DNA of 43,164 nt from positions 1 to 43,164 of the forward strand of contig JAGAEF010000055.1 in the NCBI GenBank assembly GCA_017613255.1, written 5' to 3'. Made by a program: the position numbers and the translations under genes. Positions 1 through 8,936 of the stretch are shown one piece after another (position 1 is the stretch's first letter; the number at the start of each line of letters is the position of its first letter). The stretch comes from Lentisphaeria bacterium (GTDB taxonomy: Bacteria > Verrucomicrobiota > Lentisphaeria > Victivallales > UBA1829). The notes beneath the pieces were generated by a model that was given only the letters and a program-made list of their open reading frames with translations, was not told the DNA's origin and did not search any database.

Positions 1-54
1 ATCACGCCCAAATAGATCGGAAACATCTTTTTCCTGGGCTTTTTTCTCTTCTTC

Positions 55-669
55 GTGTGTTTGTTCGCTTCCTTCGTCATGGGGTACGTGGACCAAGTGA
101 CGAAAGTCCCCCGGGCGCGGGCGAAGAAGGAGAGACTTTCCGGAATGCTCAAAGACGTGCTTCCGCCCTTCGACAACGATATTCTTTCCACGCAGAAGAC
201 GGTCCACCCCAAAGAGGTGAGTTCTCCTTCCGTCGTCTATACGGCGCAGAGAAAAGGGAAAACCGTCGCTTATGCCGTGAAGGTTTCCACCGAAAAGGGC
301 TACGGGGGAAAAATGGAGGCTCTGGTCTCCTTTTCTCCGGAGGGCAAAATTCTTTCCTTCGTCATTTCCGAACACTCGGAAACGCCCGGACTGGGCGCGG
401 AAGTGGCGGAACGCAAGGAAGTGCGGACCATTGGATCCCTCTTCTCCCCGAAAAAGAAAAAACCGTTTCCGGATAATCTGCCTCCCGGCGCGGTGCTGGA
501 CCAGTTCCGGGGCAGATCCGTAAACGAGGCGCCCTGGCAGCTGCGGAGCAGAGGGGGGAATATCGACGGGAGAAGCGGGGCGACCATCACCTCTTCGGCG
601 GTGACTCGTCTGGCCTCTCAGGCGGCCCTCGTTTTGAAGGAAAGACTGAAAAAGGAGGAAAAGAAATGA
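55..669 (+). CDS. rnfG: Rnf electron-transport complex subunit G (FMN-binding RnfG/NqrC family)
   Basis: 204-aa ORF with an FMN-binding-domain look, including the covalent-FMN motif 'SGATITS' near the C-terminus. Its stop overlaps the rnfE start (ATGA at 666-669). The start is uncertain. GTG at 55 is the first canonical start after an in-frame TAG at 13-15, but the hydrophobic anchor continues upstream (IGNIFFLGFFLFF). Confidence 0.8.
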   Translation: MCLFASFVMGYVDQVTKVPRARAKKERLSGMLKDVLPPFDNDILSTQKTVHPKEVSSPSVVYTAQRKGKTVAYAVKVSTEKGYGGKMEALVSFSPEGKILSFVISEHSETPGLGAEVAERKEVRTIGSLFSPKKKKPFPDNLPPGAVLDQFRGRSVNEAPWQLRSRGGNIDGRSGATITSSAVTRLASQAALVLKERLKKEEKK

Positions 670-1355
670 TGAAATATCTGCGGGAGTTCATCAAGGGGAT
701 CTGGCGGGAGAACCCTGTATTGGTGCTCATGCTGGGGATGTGTCCCACCCTTGCCACCACCAGCAACGGCAGCAACGCGCTGGGCATGGGGCTTGCCACC
801 ACCTTCGTGCTGACGTGCAGCAATCTGGCCATCTCCTCCATAAGGAAGATCGTTCCCGGCAAGATCCGCATTCCCTGCTACATCGTGGTCATCGCCGCGT
901 TCGTCACGGTGGTGGATCTTCTCATGCAGGCCTATACGGGAGCGCTGTACAAGGCTCTGGGGATCTTCATTCCCCTGATCGTGGTCAACTGCATCGTGCT
1001 GGGGCGGGCGGAGGCCTTCGCCTCCAAGCACGGACTTGCCGAATCCTTCCTGGACGGTCTGGGCATGGGGTGCGGATTCACGCTGGCTTTGACCTTCATC
1101 GGCCTTGTCCGGGAGTTCCTGGGGGCGGGGACGTTGTTCAGCGTGCATATCGTTTCCGGAAATTCCGCGGCCTTTTCCGTCATGGGGCAGGCCCCCGGCG
1201 GATTCATCGTCATGGGGTTCATCCTTGCGGGGATGAACTTCCTCAACATGCGCAGGGCGAACAAAGAGGGAAGGACTTTCGTCAATCCCGTGGATATGGA
1301 CTGCCGGCACTGCATGATCTGCAAGATCTCCCATGATCCTGCCGGGAAAGAGTGA
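666..1355 (+). CDS. rnfE: Rnf electron-transport complex subunit E (RnfE/RsxE, NqrD family)
   Basis: 229-aa polytopic membrane ORF. The N-terminus 'GIWRENPVLVLMLGMCPTLATT' and the motif 'IPLIVVNCIVLGRAEAF' are typical of RnfE/NqrD. It is translationally coupled to rnfG. No rnfA/rnfB follows, which fits an ABCDGE gene order. Confidence 0.85.
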   Translation: MMKYLREFIKGIWRENPVLVLMLGMCPTLATTSNGSNALGMGLATTFVLTCSNLAISSIRKIVPGKIRIPCYIVVIAAFVTVVDLLMQAYTGALYKALGIFIPLIVVNCIVLGRAEAFASKHGLAESFLDGLGMGCGFTLALTFIGLVREFLGAGTLFSVHIVSGNSAAFSVMGQAPGGFIVMGFILAGMNFLNMRRANKEGRTFVNPVDMDCRHCMICKISHDPAGKE

Positions 1356-1416
1356 CACAAACAGAATCGAAATACGAAACTGCAACTAACCATACAAACA
1401 AAGAAAGGCTTGTCTC

Positions 1417-3342
1417 ATGTCTCTCGAAATCATCACCAAACTCTCCAACAAGTACGGTTCCGACCCTGCCTGCGTGATCGCCGGCGGCGGAAACACCTCC
1501 TTCAAGGATGAAAAGTTCCTTTATGTGAAGCCCAGCGGGGTCGCTCTGGGCACCATGACAAGCGCCGATTTCGTCAAGCTGGACCGCTCCGTCCTGCGGC
1601 AGGTCTTTACGAAAAGCTTTTCCTCCGACGCGGCCGCCAGAGAAGCGGAAGTAAAGGATTTCATCTCCTCTTCGATCGTGCCTGCTTCCTCCTGCGCCAG
1701 ACCCTCCGTGGAAGCGCCGCTGCATGAACTCATGCCCTTTGCCTATATCGTGCACCTTCATCCCGTGGCGGTGAACGGCCTCATGTGCTCGCTGCAGGCC
1801 CGGGAAATGTGCGGGAAACTCTTCCCGGAAGCCCTGTTCATTCCCTACACGGATCCCGGCTACGTGCTTGCCGTGACCGTGGCGGAGGAACTCAAAAAGT
1901 ACAAGGCGGAAAAGGGGAAGGATGCCTCTCTCATTTTCCTGCAGAACCACGGCGTTTTCGCGGGAGCAGACAGCGAAGAAGAGATGATCGCCCTTTACGA
2001 CAAGGTCTTCGGGACCCTCAAGGAAGCTTATGAAAAGGCCGGAGTCGGCACGGTGCCGGAACCGGGGAAGGCGGACGCCGAAACGGTGAAAGCTTTCGCC
2101 CCCAGACTGCGCACGCTTCTGGGAACGGAGAATGCCGACGGGAGTCTCACGCGCAAATTCGTGGTCTCCGCAGGCGTTTTCACCCCTGCCGCAGGCGCGC
2201 TCACTCCGGATCACATCGTCTATGCCAAATCCTTTGCCTTCACCGGAGACGCGGTCTGCAAGGACTGCATTGCCTCCTTCGCGGCGGAGAAAGGGTACAA
2301 GCCCGCGGTGGTGAATATCGCCGGAAAGGGCGTATTCTGCGCGGGCGGGACCTTGAAGGAAGCCGAAACGGCTGCGGAAATGGCCCGCAGCGGCGCAGAG
2401 ATCACGGTTCTTGCCTCCGCTTTCGGGGGAGTACGGTATCTCAATGACCGTGAACGCTCCTTCATCGAAAACTGGGAGGTGGAGTCCTACCGGAAGAACG
2501 CGCTTGCAAAGAAGCATACGGGCCGTCTTGCGGGCCGGGTCGCCGTGGTGACCGGGGCCGCTCAGGGCTTCGGCTACGGGATCGCCGAGGAACTGGCAAG
2601 GGAAGACGCCGTCGTGGCCATTGCGGATATGAACATGGAAGGCGCCCAGCGTGCCGCCGATACCATCCGCGCCGCCTATCCCGCCTCTTGCGCCTTTGCC
2701 GTTGCCGTGAACGTTTCCAACGAGGAATCGGTGGCGGAGATGGTGCTTGCCGTTGCCGAAAAGTGCGGAGGGATCGATCTCTTCGTTTCCAACGCGGGCG
2801 TCGTGCGGGCCGGTTCCGTCAAGGAGATGACCCTCAAGGACTGGGAGTTCGTCACGGACATCAACTACAACGGCTACTTCCTGTGCGTGAAGCATGTGGC
2901 CTCCCTCATGGCCATGGAAACCGCCGACGGCGGCGACTGGCTGGACATCGTGCAGGTGAACTCCAAGAGCGGCTTGCAGGGCAGCAACCGGAACGCGGCC
3001 TATGCGGGCGGGAAGTTCGGCGGCATCGGGCTTACCCAGAGCTTCGCCCTGGAACTGGTCTCCGACCGGATCAAGGTCAACAGCGTCTGCCCCGGCAACT
3101 TCTTCGACGGGCCGCTGTGGAGCAATCCGGAAAAGGGGCTTTTCGTCCAGTACCTCAAGAGCGGCAAGGTCCCCGGAGCCAAAACGGTGGAGGACGTGAA
3201 GAAGTTCTACGAGGCCAAGATCCCCATGCACAGAGGGTGTTTCCCCAAGGACGTGGCCAAAGCCATCCTCTACTCCGTGGAACAGAAGTACGAGACCGGG
3301 CAGGCCATCCCCGTGACCGGCGGACAGGTTATGCTCAAATAG
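1417..3342 (+). CDS. bifunctional class-II aldolase (rhamnulose-1-phosphate aldolase-like) / short-chain dehydrogenase
   Basis: 641-aa ORF. The N-terminal half has 'GGGNTSFKD..LYVKPSGVAL', as in YuxG/RhaEW-type aldolase domains. The C-terminal half is a classical SDR ('VAVVTGAAQGFG' Rossmann motif and 'YAGGK' YxxxK). An RBS-like 'AAAGAAAGG' lies upstream. Confidence 0.8.
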   Translation: MSLEIITKLSNKYGSDPACVIAGGGNTSFKDEKFLYVKPSGVALGTMTSADFVKLDRSVLRQVFTKSFSSDAAAREAEVKDFISSSIVPASSCARPSVEAPLHELMPFAYIVHLHPVAVNGLMCSLQAREMCGKLFPEALFIPYTDPGYVLAVTVAEELKKYKAEKGKDASLIFLQNHGVFAGADSEEEMIALYDKVFGTLKEAYEKAGVGTVPEPGKADAETVKAFAPRLRTLLGTENADGSLTRKFVVSAGVFTPAAGALTPDHIVYAKSFAFTGDAVCKDCIASFAAEKGYKPAVVNIAGKGVFCAGGTLKEAETAAEMARSGAEITVLASAFGGVRYLNDRERSFIENWEVESYRKNALAKKHTGRLAGRVAVVTGAAQGFGYGIAEELAREDAVVAIADMNMEGAQRAADTIRAAYPASCAFAVAVNVSNEESVAEMVLAVAEKCGGIDLFVSNAGVVRAGSVKEMTLKDWEFVTDINYNGYFLCVKHVASLMAMETADGGDWLDIVQVNSKSGLQGSNRNAAYAGGKFGGIGLTQSFALELVSDRIKVNSVCPGNFFDGPLWSNPEKGLFVQYLKSGKVPGAKTVEDVKKFYEAKIPMHRGCFPKDVAKAILYSVEQKYETGQAIPVTGGQVMLK

Positions 3343-3349
3343 CGTTTCA

Positions 3350-3373
3350 GCCTCCGGAAACGGAGGCTTTTTT
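3350..3373 (+). terminator. Rho-independent terminator after the aldolase/SDR gene
   Basis: Stem GCCTCCG (3350-3356), loop GAAA, stem CGGAGGC (3361-3367), then TTTTTT (3368-3373), starting 8 nt after the stop codon. Confidence 0.65.
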
Positions 3374-3408
3374 CTGACAAGACACCATAGAAAGGTCCGA
3401 ACCAGCTC

Positions 3409-6400
3409 ATGGCAAGATTGATCCAAACTCCGTCCCCCGCGTCCCATCTGCTCTGTTACTGCGGGGACATTCTGGAATTCCGTCTGGAAAGCGACAGCCT
3501 TCTCAAGGGAACCTTTTTCCTGCGCACGAATCTGGGAAACTTTTCCACCATGCTCCGGGAAAGGATCCGGAAGATCGAGGAGGAAAAGGATCCCGACGGA
3601 TGCGACTGGACCAACATCGAAATGGAGAAGCTGGACGAGTACACCGGGAAGATCCGGATCCTTCTGGACGAGCCGGGACACTTCGAAGCCAAGTGCTTTT
3701 TCCTGACGGAGGAGGGGCAGGCGGTCTGGGCGGAAGGAAACAACGTGCACATCAATGTCGAGCCTTCCGTCACCTGCTGCGCCAACTCCATCTACTGCGC
3801 CTTCGTGCGCCAGTTCGGCAGGAACAAGCTGCCCGCCCGCAAAAGCGAGGCGGAGGGGATCACGCCGGAGCTTCTGAAAAAGATGGATTCTCTGGGCTAC
3901 ACGGTCATTCCGCCTTCGGGAACCTTCCGGGACCTCATAAGGGAGCTGGACCACATTTTCGACCGTCTCCACTGCCGCATCCTGCATCTTCTTCCGGTGA
4001 ACCCCACGCCAACGGTCTACGGACGCATGGGACGGTACGGGAGCCCTTACGCCTCGCTGGATTTCACCGCGGTGAATCCGGAATACGCGGAATTCGACCG
4101 GTCCGCGACTCCGCTGGATCAGTTCATGGAACTGACCGACGCCGTCCACAGGAAAAACGGGAAACTTTTCATCGACATAGCCGTCAACCACACCGGATGG
4201 GCGGCGAAACTGCATGAGACCCACCCCCGATGGCTCCTGCGCGATCCCGACGGCTCCATCCACTCCCCCGGCGCCTGGGGCGTGACGTGGGGGGATCTCA
4301 CGGAACTGGATCACTCCAAAAAGGAGCTGTGGATCTATCTGGCGGAGGTCTTCCGGACCTGGTGCATGCGGGGCGTGGACGGGTTCCGCTGCGATGCCGG
4401 ATACATGATCCCGGAAGAGGCATGGACCTACATCATCGCCAAGGTGAGAAGCGAATTCCCCGACACCGTCTTCCTTCTGGAAGGGCTGGGCGGGGATCCC
4501 GCCGTCACCAACGCCCTTCTGGACCGCTCCAACATGAACTGGGCCTATTCGGAACTCTTCCAGAACTATTCCCGGCAGCAGATCGAAGGGTATCTCAACT
4601 ATGCCTGGGACCGGAGCGCCGGGGACGGGATCATGGTGAACTATGCGGAAACCCACGACAACGACCGTCTGGCGAAAGTCTCCCGCAGGTATGCTTCCCT
4701 GCGGACTCTTCTTGCGGCGCTCACTTCCAAAAGCGGCGCCTTCGGGTTCACCAACGGCGTGGAGTTCTTTGCGGAGGAAAAGGTGGACGTACACGACGAC
4801 TGCGCCCTGAATTTTTCCGCTTCCGAAAATCAGATCGACCTCATCGGGAAAGTCAATACGCTCCTTGCCGCCCATCCCGCCTTCCATTGCGATTCGGAGA
4901 TCTTCTTTGCCGACTCCTCCCACGGGGAAGGCCTTGTCATCTGCCGCAATTCGGCCAAGGGGAAGCACCCTCTCATCATCGTTGCCAACCTCAATACGGA
5001 ATCGGAAATCCGTGTCCAGTGGAATCCCACGGAAGCCTCCTTCGACGCGGACAACGTCTTCGATCTCCTCTCCTCCCGGCCCGTGAGCCTTGTCCGTGGT
5101 TCGGGGGGAAAGCGCTCCCTGCGTCTTGCCGGAGGGGAGGTGCTGTGCCTTGCCCCGGTGAACAGCATCACCGGGGAGGAGGGGTTCGTTCCCGGGGACG
5201 AAGAATCCATGGCCAAGCTCCGCAGGAAGCGCACCCGGCTTCAGAACGCCGCCTGCATGGCCATGAAGATCCTCCATTTCCTCCGGAAAAGCCCCGTGGC
5301 AAAGGAGGGAGAGGAGGGGGAAACTCTGGGGCAGGCCCTTTTGCAGTCTCCTTATGACTTTTTCGTCTCCGCCGTGGAAAAGTGCGGGATCAGGGGACCC
5401 CTTCCTCTGGTGCGCTGGCGCTATCCGGAGGACCGGAAACGGCATGTGATGATCCCTCCGGGATACTTCCTGCTTGTGGAAGCCCCCTGCCGTTTCCGCG
5501 CCTGCATCCGGCTCAAGGGCAAGGTACACTCCGTCGTGCGGGGGCTTGTCACCGAGGACGACAGAAGCTTTTTCGCCTTTCTCCCGCCGCCGGAGGGCGT
5601 GAACGGGGAAGAGGAACTGGAGGCGGAACTTTTGACTTCCGTCTTCCGTGCGGACCGTCCCGAAAGAGGGTCTTCTCCGCTTCTTTTCCTTGCTTCGGAG
5701 CTGAAAAACATTCCTTTACATTTCTCCGGCACTCTTCTGCGGAAAAGCCGGATGCGGTATCTGCGGGGCAACGGCAGAGGGGGCTTTGCCTTCCTTCCTC
5801 TCCTTCCGGACCGCCTGATGAGCCGTTACGATTCCCTTTTCCTTGCCAATCTGAACCCGGATTATCCGGTGGACCGGCATATCCTTCTGCGGCGTTTCCG
5901 CTTCCGGGCCATAGGGGAGGGGGAGAGCAGGGAGCTTACCGCGGACAGCCTTTGTTCCTTCCACATCGCTTCCGACGGAAGCGGCGTATGGACCTATGAA
6001 CTGCCTGTAGGGGGAGCCCTTTCCGTCACGCTTCTTGTGAAGGTCACGGTCCTCCCGGGGGAAAACAGCGTGCTCTTGACCGTCAAACGGGTCTCCCACA
6101 AGGAAAAGGATCTTCGCGGCGGAGGACTCAAGGAGAACGACCGTCTCCGCTTCCTTGCCGGAGTGGATCTGGAGGACCGGAACTATCACGGAGAGACCAA
6201 GGCTTCCCAGGGGCCGGAAAACTTCTTCCCGGGCAAAGTAAGCTGTTTCGACCGGGAAGGCGGCGGCAGTGTCCTGATCTTCCGTGCGGCGGAGGACCGG
6301 ATTCTGGACGTGCGCAGTTCCTCCGGCACGTTCCTGCGGGAGGACCGCTGGACCTACAACGTCTTTCAGGAGGACGAGGCGGCACGGGGACTGCCGGACA

Positions 6401-7776
6401 CCACGGATTTGTACAGTCCCGGCGCGTTCCGGTTCTCCCTTGTCTGCGGAGAAAGCATTTCCTTCCTTGTCCGGGAAGGCTCCGGAGAGTTCACGCAGGA
6501 AAACTTTCCAGCTATTCCGGAAAATGCCTTCGATGCGGCGCAATGGAGCATTGGCGAGATTCTGGAAGACTCGCTGGCCCAGTTCGTGGTGAAGCGGGAG
6601 GAGAACAAAAGCGTCATTGCCGGGTACCCGTGGTTCCTGGACTGGGGGCGGGATACATTGATCGTGGCCCGGGGGCTTCTTGCTTCGGGCCGTTTCAAGG
6701 AGGATGTGCGGTCCATTCTGCTGGAGTTCGCCTCCTATGCGGAACACGGCACCATCCCCAACATGATCTGCGGCGGGAACGCCGAGAACCGGGATACCGC
6801 CGACGCTCCTCTGTGGCTCTTCGTCCTCTGCGCCGATCTCTGCGGAAGAGAGAAATCTTTTGCGTTTCTGGATACGCTTCTTCCCCGTACCGGACTTACC
6901 GTACGGGAAACGCTTCTGCAGATGGCGGAAAGCCTTCTGCAGGGGACGCCCAACAACATCAAGGCGGATCCGGAAAGCCTGCTCCTGTACAGTCCCGCCC
7001 ACTTCACCTGGATGGATACCAACTATCCCGCGGGAACGCCCCGGGAAGGGTATCCCGTGGAGATCCAGGCACTCTGGTTTGCCGCCCTCACGTTTCTCGC
7101 CAAGTTTACCGGGGATGCGCGCTGGAAGAGTCTTGCGGAAAAGGTCCGCGCCTCCTTCCTCCGTTATTTCCCCCTTGCCGGGAAAGGATACCTTTCCGAC
7201 TGTCTCCACGCTCCGGCGGGAGTGCCCGCTTCCGGGGCCGTCCCGGACGATCATCTGCGGTGCAATCAGCTTTATGGGATTACCTTGGGCATCCTTTCCG
7301 GAAAGGAACAGCGTCCTCTTGCGGAAAGCGTCCTGCGGAGCACGGCCTCTCTTCTCGTCCCCGGCGGCATGAGGAGCCTTTCCGACCGGGAAACGGAATA
7401 CCTTCTTCCCGTGTACGGAAACAACGGGAACTCTCTCAACGATCCCGCCCGTCCCTACCGGGGACATTATGAAGGAGACGAGGATACCTCCCGCAAGGTC
7501 GCCTATCACAACGGCACCGCATGGACCTTGCCCTTCCCCCTCTACAGCGAGGCGTGTTTCCTGCTCTACGGCAAAGATGCTCTCGCCGAGGCCCAAGCCG
7601 TTCTGGGCAGCAGCGGGTATCTCTTCTCCCACGGCGTCTGCGTGGGCCAGCTTCCCGAGATCATGGACGGGGACTACCCTCATACGCCCCGGGGCTGTCA
7701 GGCGCAGGCGTGGGGGATCAGCGAACTGTTCCGCGTCTGGCGTCTGCTGGAAGAAGCGAAGCGGCACTCCCGGTGA
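3409..7776 (+). CDS. GH13 alpha-amylase-family domain fused to an amylo-alpha-1,6-glucosidase (GH133 glycogen-debranching) module
   Basis: Single 1455-aa ORF. The four GH13 conserved regions are readable: 'DIAVNHTG' (aa ~255), 'GFRCDAGYM' (~325), 'FLLEGLG' (~355) and 'NYAETHDND' (~411). A bacterial GDE N-domain-like stretch occurs at 'RYLRGNGRGGFAF...SRYDSLFLA' (~aa 782-812). GDE_C hallmarks are 'GYPWFLDWGRDTLIVARGLL' (~aa 1072) and 'CQAQAWGISELFRVW' near the C-terminus. Confidence 0.8.
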   Translation: MARLIQTPSPASHLLCYCGDILEFRLESDSLLKGTFFLRTNLGNFSTMLRERIRKIEEEKDPDGCDWTNIEMEKLDEYTGKIRILLDEPGHFEAKCFFLTEEGQAVWAEGNNVHINVEPSVTCCANSIYCAFVRQFGRNKLPARKSEAEGITPELLKKMDSLGYTVIPPSGTFRDLIRELDHIFDRLHCRILHLLPVNPTPTVYGRMGRYGSPYASLDFTAVNPEYAEFDRSATPLDQFMELTDAVHRKNGKLFIDIAVNHTGWAAKLHETHPRWLLRDPDGSIHSPGAWGVTWGDLTELDHSKKELWIYLAEVFRTWCMRGVDGFRCDAGYMIPEEAWTYIIAKVRSEFPDTVFLLEGLGGDPAVTNALLDRSNMNWAYSELFQNYSRQQIEGYLNYAWDRSAGDGIMVNYAETHDNDRLAKVSRRYASLRTLLAALTSKSGAFGFTNGVEFFAEEKVDVHDDCALNFSASENQIDLIGKVNTLLAAHPAFHCDSEIFFADSSHGEGLVICRNSAKGKHPLIIVANLNTESEIRVQWNPTEASFDADNVFDLLSSRPVSLVRGSGGKRSLRLAGGEVLCLAPVNSITGEEGFVPGDEESMAKLRRKRTRLQNAACMAMKILHFLRKSPVAKEGEEGETLGQALLQSPYDFFVSAVEKCGIRGPLPLVRWRYPEDRKRHVMIPPGYFLLVEAPCRFRACIRLKGKVHSVVRGLVTEDDRSFFAFLPPPEGVNGEEELEAELLTSVFRADRPERGSSPLLFLASELKNIPLHFSGTLLRKSRMRYLRGNGRGGFAFLPLLPDRLMSRYDSLFLANLNPDYPVDRHILLRRFRFRAIGEGESRELTADSLCSFHIASDGSGVWTYELPVGGALSVTLLVKVTVLPGENSVLLTVKRVSHKEKDLRGGGLKENDRLRFLAGVDLEDRNYHGETKASQGPENFFPGKVSCFDREGGGSVLIFRAAEDRILDVRSSSGTFLREDRWTYNVFQEDEAARGLPDTTDLYSPGAFRFSLVCGESISFLVREGSGEFTQENFPAIPENAFDAAQWSIGEILEDSLAQFVVKREENKSVIAGYPWFLDWGRDTLIVARGLLASGRFKEDVRSILLEFASYAEHGTIPNMICGGNAENRDTADAPLWLFVLCADLCGREKSFAFLDTLLPRTGLTVRETLLQMAESLLQGTPNNIKADPESLLLYSPAHFTWMDTNYPAGTPREGYPVEIQALWFAALTFLAKFTGDARWKSLAEKVRASFLRYFPLAGKGYLSDCLHAPAGVPASGAVPDDHLRCNQLYGITLGILSGKEQRPLAESVLRSTASLLVPGGMRSLSDRETEYLLPVYGNNGNSLNDPARPYRGHYEGDEDTSRKVAYHNGTAWTLPFPLYSEACFLLYGKDALAEAQAVLGSSGYLFSHGVCVGQLPEIMDGDYPHTPRGCQAQAWGISELFRVWRLLEEAKRHSR

Positions 7777-7796
7777 CCGGGCGTGCCTTGTTTTTT
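7765..7796 (+). terminator. probable Rho-independent terminator of the GH13-GH133 gene
   Basis: Hairpin CACTCCCGG-TGA-CCGGGCGTG (8 bp, 1 mismatch, the stop codon sits in the loop) followed by CCTTGTTTTTT. The 3-nt loop is tight, so confidence is moderate. Confidence 0.45.
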
Positions 7797-8036
7797 CGCT
7801 CTGCGTCTCCCCTCGCGTCCCCCGCCAGCCCCTGCCTATTCGGCCTATTCGGCCTATCCGGCCTATTCCCCCGCCCGAGCTGGAAACTTCCGCCTTGTTT
7901 TTTCGCTCTGCGTCTCCCCTCGCGTCTCCCCTCGCGTCTCCCCTCGCGTCCCCCGCCAGCCCCTGCCTATTCGGCCTATCCGGCCTATTCGGCCTATTCC
8001 CCAGCCCGGGCTGAATCCATCCGCCGTGTTTTTTCG
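7785..8036. repeat. nested tandem repeat block: about 107/130-bp macro-unit x2 plus a partial third copy, carrying 12-bp and 9-bp micro-repeats
   Basis: Copy 1 starts at 7785 and copy 2 at 7892, each opening with GCCTTGTTTTTTCGCTCTGCGTCTCCCCTC. A partial third head GCCGTGTTTTTTCGC lies at 8022-8036. GCGTCTCCCCTC occurs x1 in copy 1 and x3 in copy 2. GCCTAT(T/C)CG-type 9-mers occur x4 in each copy, with the C-variant unit in a different position. Confidence 0.9.
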
Positions 8037-8037
8037 C

Positions 8038-8068
8038 AAAAAAAAGGCGCACCTTTTCGGGGTGCGCC
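8038..8068 (-). terminator. Rho-independent terminator of rpsB-tsf
   Basis: Stem GGCGCACC (8046-8053) pairs with GGTGCGCC (8061-8068). On the minus strand it is followed by a run of 8 T (plus-strand A8 at 8038-8045). It lies 22 nt downstream of the tsf stop. Confidence 0.75.
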
Positions 8069-8089
8069 TTTGTCCGGTAAAACCGTTTC

Positions 8090-8899
8090 TTACAGATCCT
8101 GCCCGACTTTCCAGCGGACGAATCTCTTGATCGTCATCTTGGGAGCGATCTTGCCCAGCGTGGTCTTTTCGTCATTGAACCAGGGCTGATCCATGAGGCA
8201 GACTTCCTTGAACCACTTGGCGATCTTGCCGTCGATGATCTTGGGCCGGATGGCTTCGGGCTTGCTCTTCACGTCTTCGGATTCGGCAAGCACTTCCTTT
8301 TCCTTGGCGATCCTTTCCGCGGGGATCTCCTTGGAGGTAGCGTAGAGAGGATCGTACACGGTGATGTGCATGCAGACGTCCAGAAGCTTCAGATCCGCGG
8401 GGATCTCCCCTTCCACTTCCAGCAGGACGCCCAGCTTGCCGCCCAGATGCAGATAGGTGGCCAGCGTGCCGGAGGCCTCGAAACGGACGGCCCTTCTCAA
8501 CTGGATGTTTTCGCCCAGAACGGCGATGAGGTTGACCAGATTTTCCTTCTCCAGCTCCTGCGCCTGCGCGGTGATGTCGCCGTCTCCCTTGACTCCGGCG
8601 AGGATGCGGCCGGCGGCTTCCTTCACGTAGGCGAGGAATTTCTCGTTGGAGGCTACGAAATCGGTTTCGCTGCACACTTCGATCATGATCCCGTTGGCGC
8701 CTTCGATGAGGGAAAAGACTCTTCCTTCCTTCACGGTGCGGTCGGAGCGTTTTTCCGCCTTGGCGATGCCGTGCTTGCGGAGATAGGCGATGGCCTCCTC
8801 CATGTTGCCGTTGGTTTCGGTAAGCGCTTTTTTGCAGTCCATCATGCCTGCGTCGGTCTTGTCGCGCAGTTCTTTGACCATTGCTGCTGTGATAGCCAT
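8090..8899 (-). CDS. tsf: translation elongation factor Ts
   Basis: 269-aa ORF. The N-terminal UBA-like 'MAITAAMVKELRDKTDAGMMDCKKALTETNGNMEEAIAYLRKHG' is diagnostic. It sits immediately downstream of rpsB, as in most bacteria. Confidence 0.95.
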   Translation of the reverse strand: MAITAAMVKELRDKTDAGMMDCKKALTETNGNMEEAIAYLRKHGIAKAEKRSDRTVKEGRVFSLIEGANGIMIEVCSETDFVASNEKFLAYVKEAAGRILAGVKGDGDITAQAQELEKENLVNLIAVLGENIQLRRAVRFEASGTLATYLHLGGKLGVLLEVEGEIPADLKLLDVCMHITVYDPLYATSKEIPAERIAKEKEVLAESEDVKSKPEAIRPKIIDGKIAKWFKEVCLMDQPWFNDEKTTLGKIAPKMTIKRFVRWKVGQDL

Positions 8900-8936
8900 A
8901 GTATGTTCTCCTGAAAATTGGATTGTTGACGCGAAC

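Noticed and set aside
7785-8036. CRISPR array
   Set aside because: The repeats are contiguous micro-satellites (9 and 12 bp) nested in a duplicated unit. There is no repeat/unique-spacer alternation at 25-40 bp periodicity, and no cas genes are present.
7783-8130. ORFs through the repeat block (e.g. 7783..8130 +, 115 aa; 7469..8014 +; 'GDARGDARGDA' on the minus strand)
   Set aside because: Their sequence is just the translated 9-bp/12-bp repeats (PIRPIRPIR, SPRVSPRV, RGDARGDA). They have no RBS, they run across the tsf terminator, and all three frames are open because of composition.
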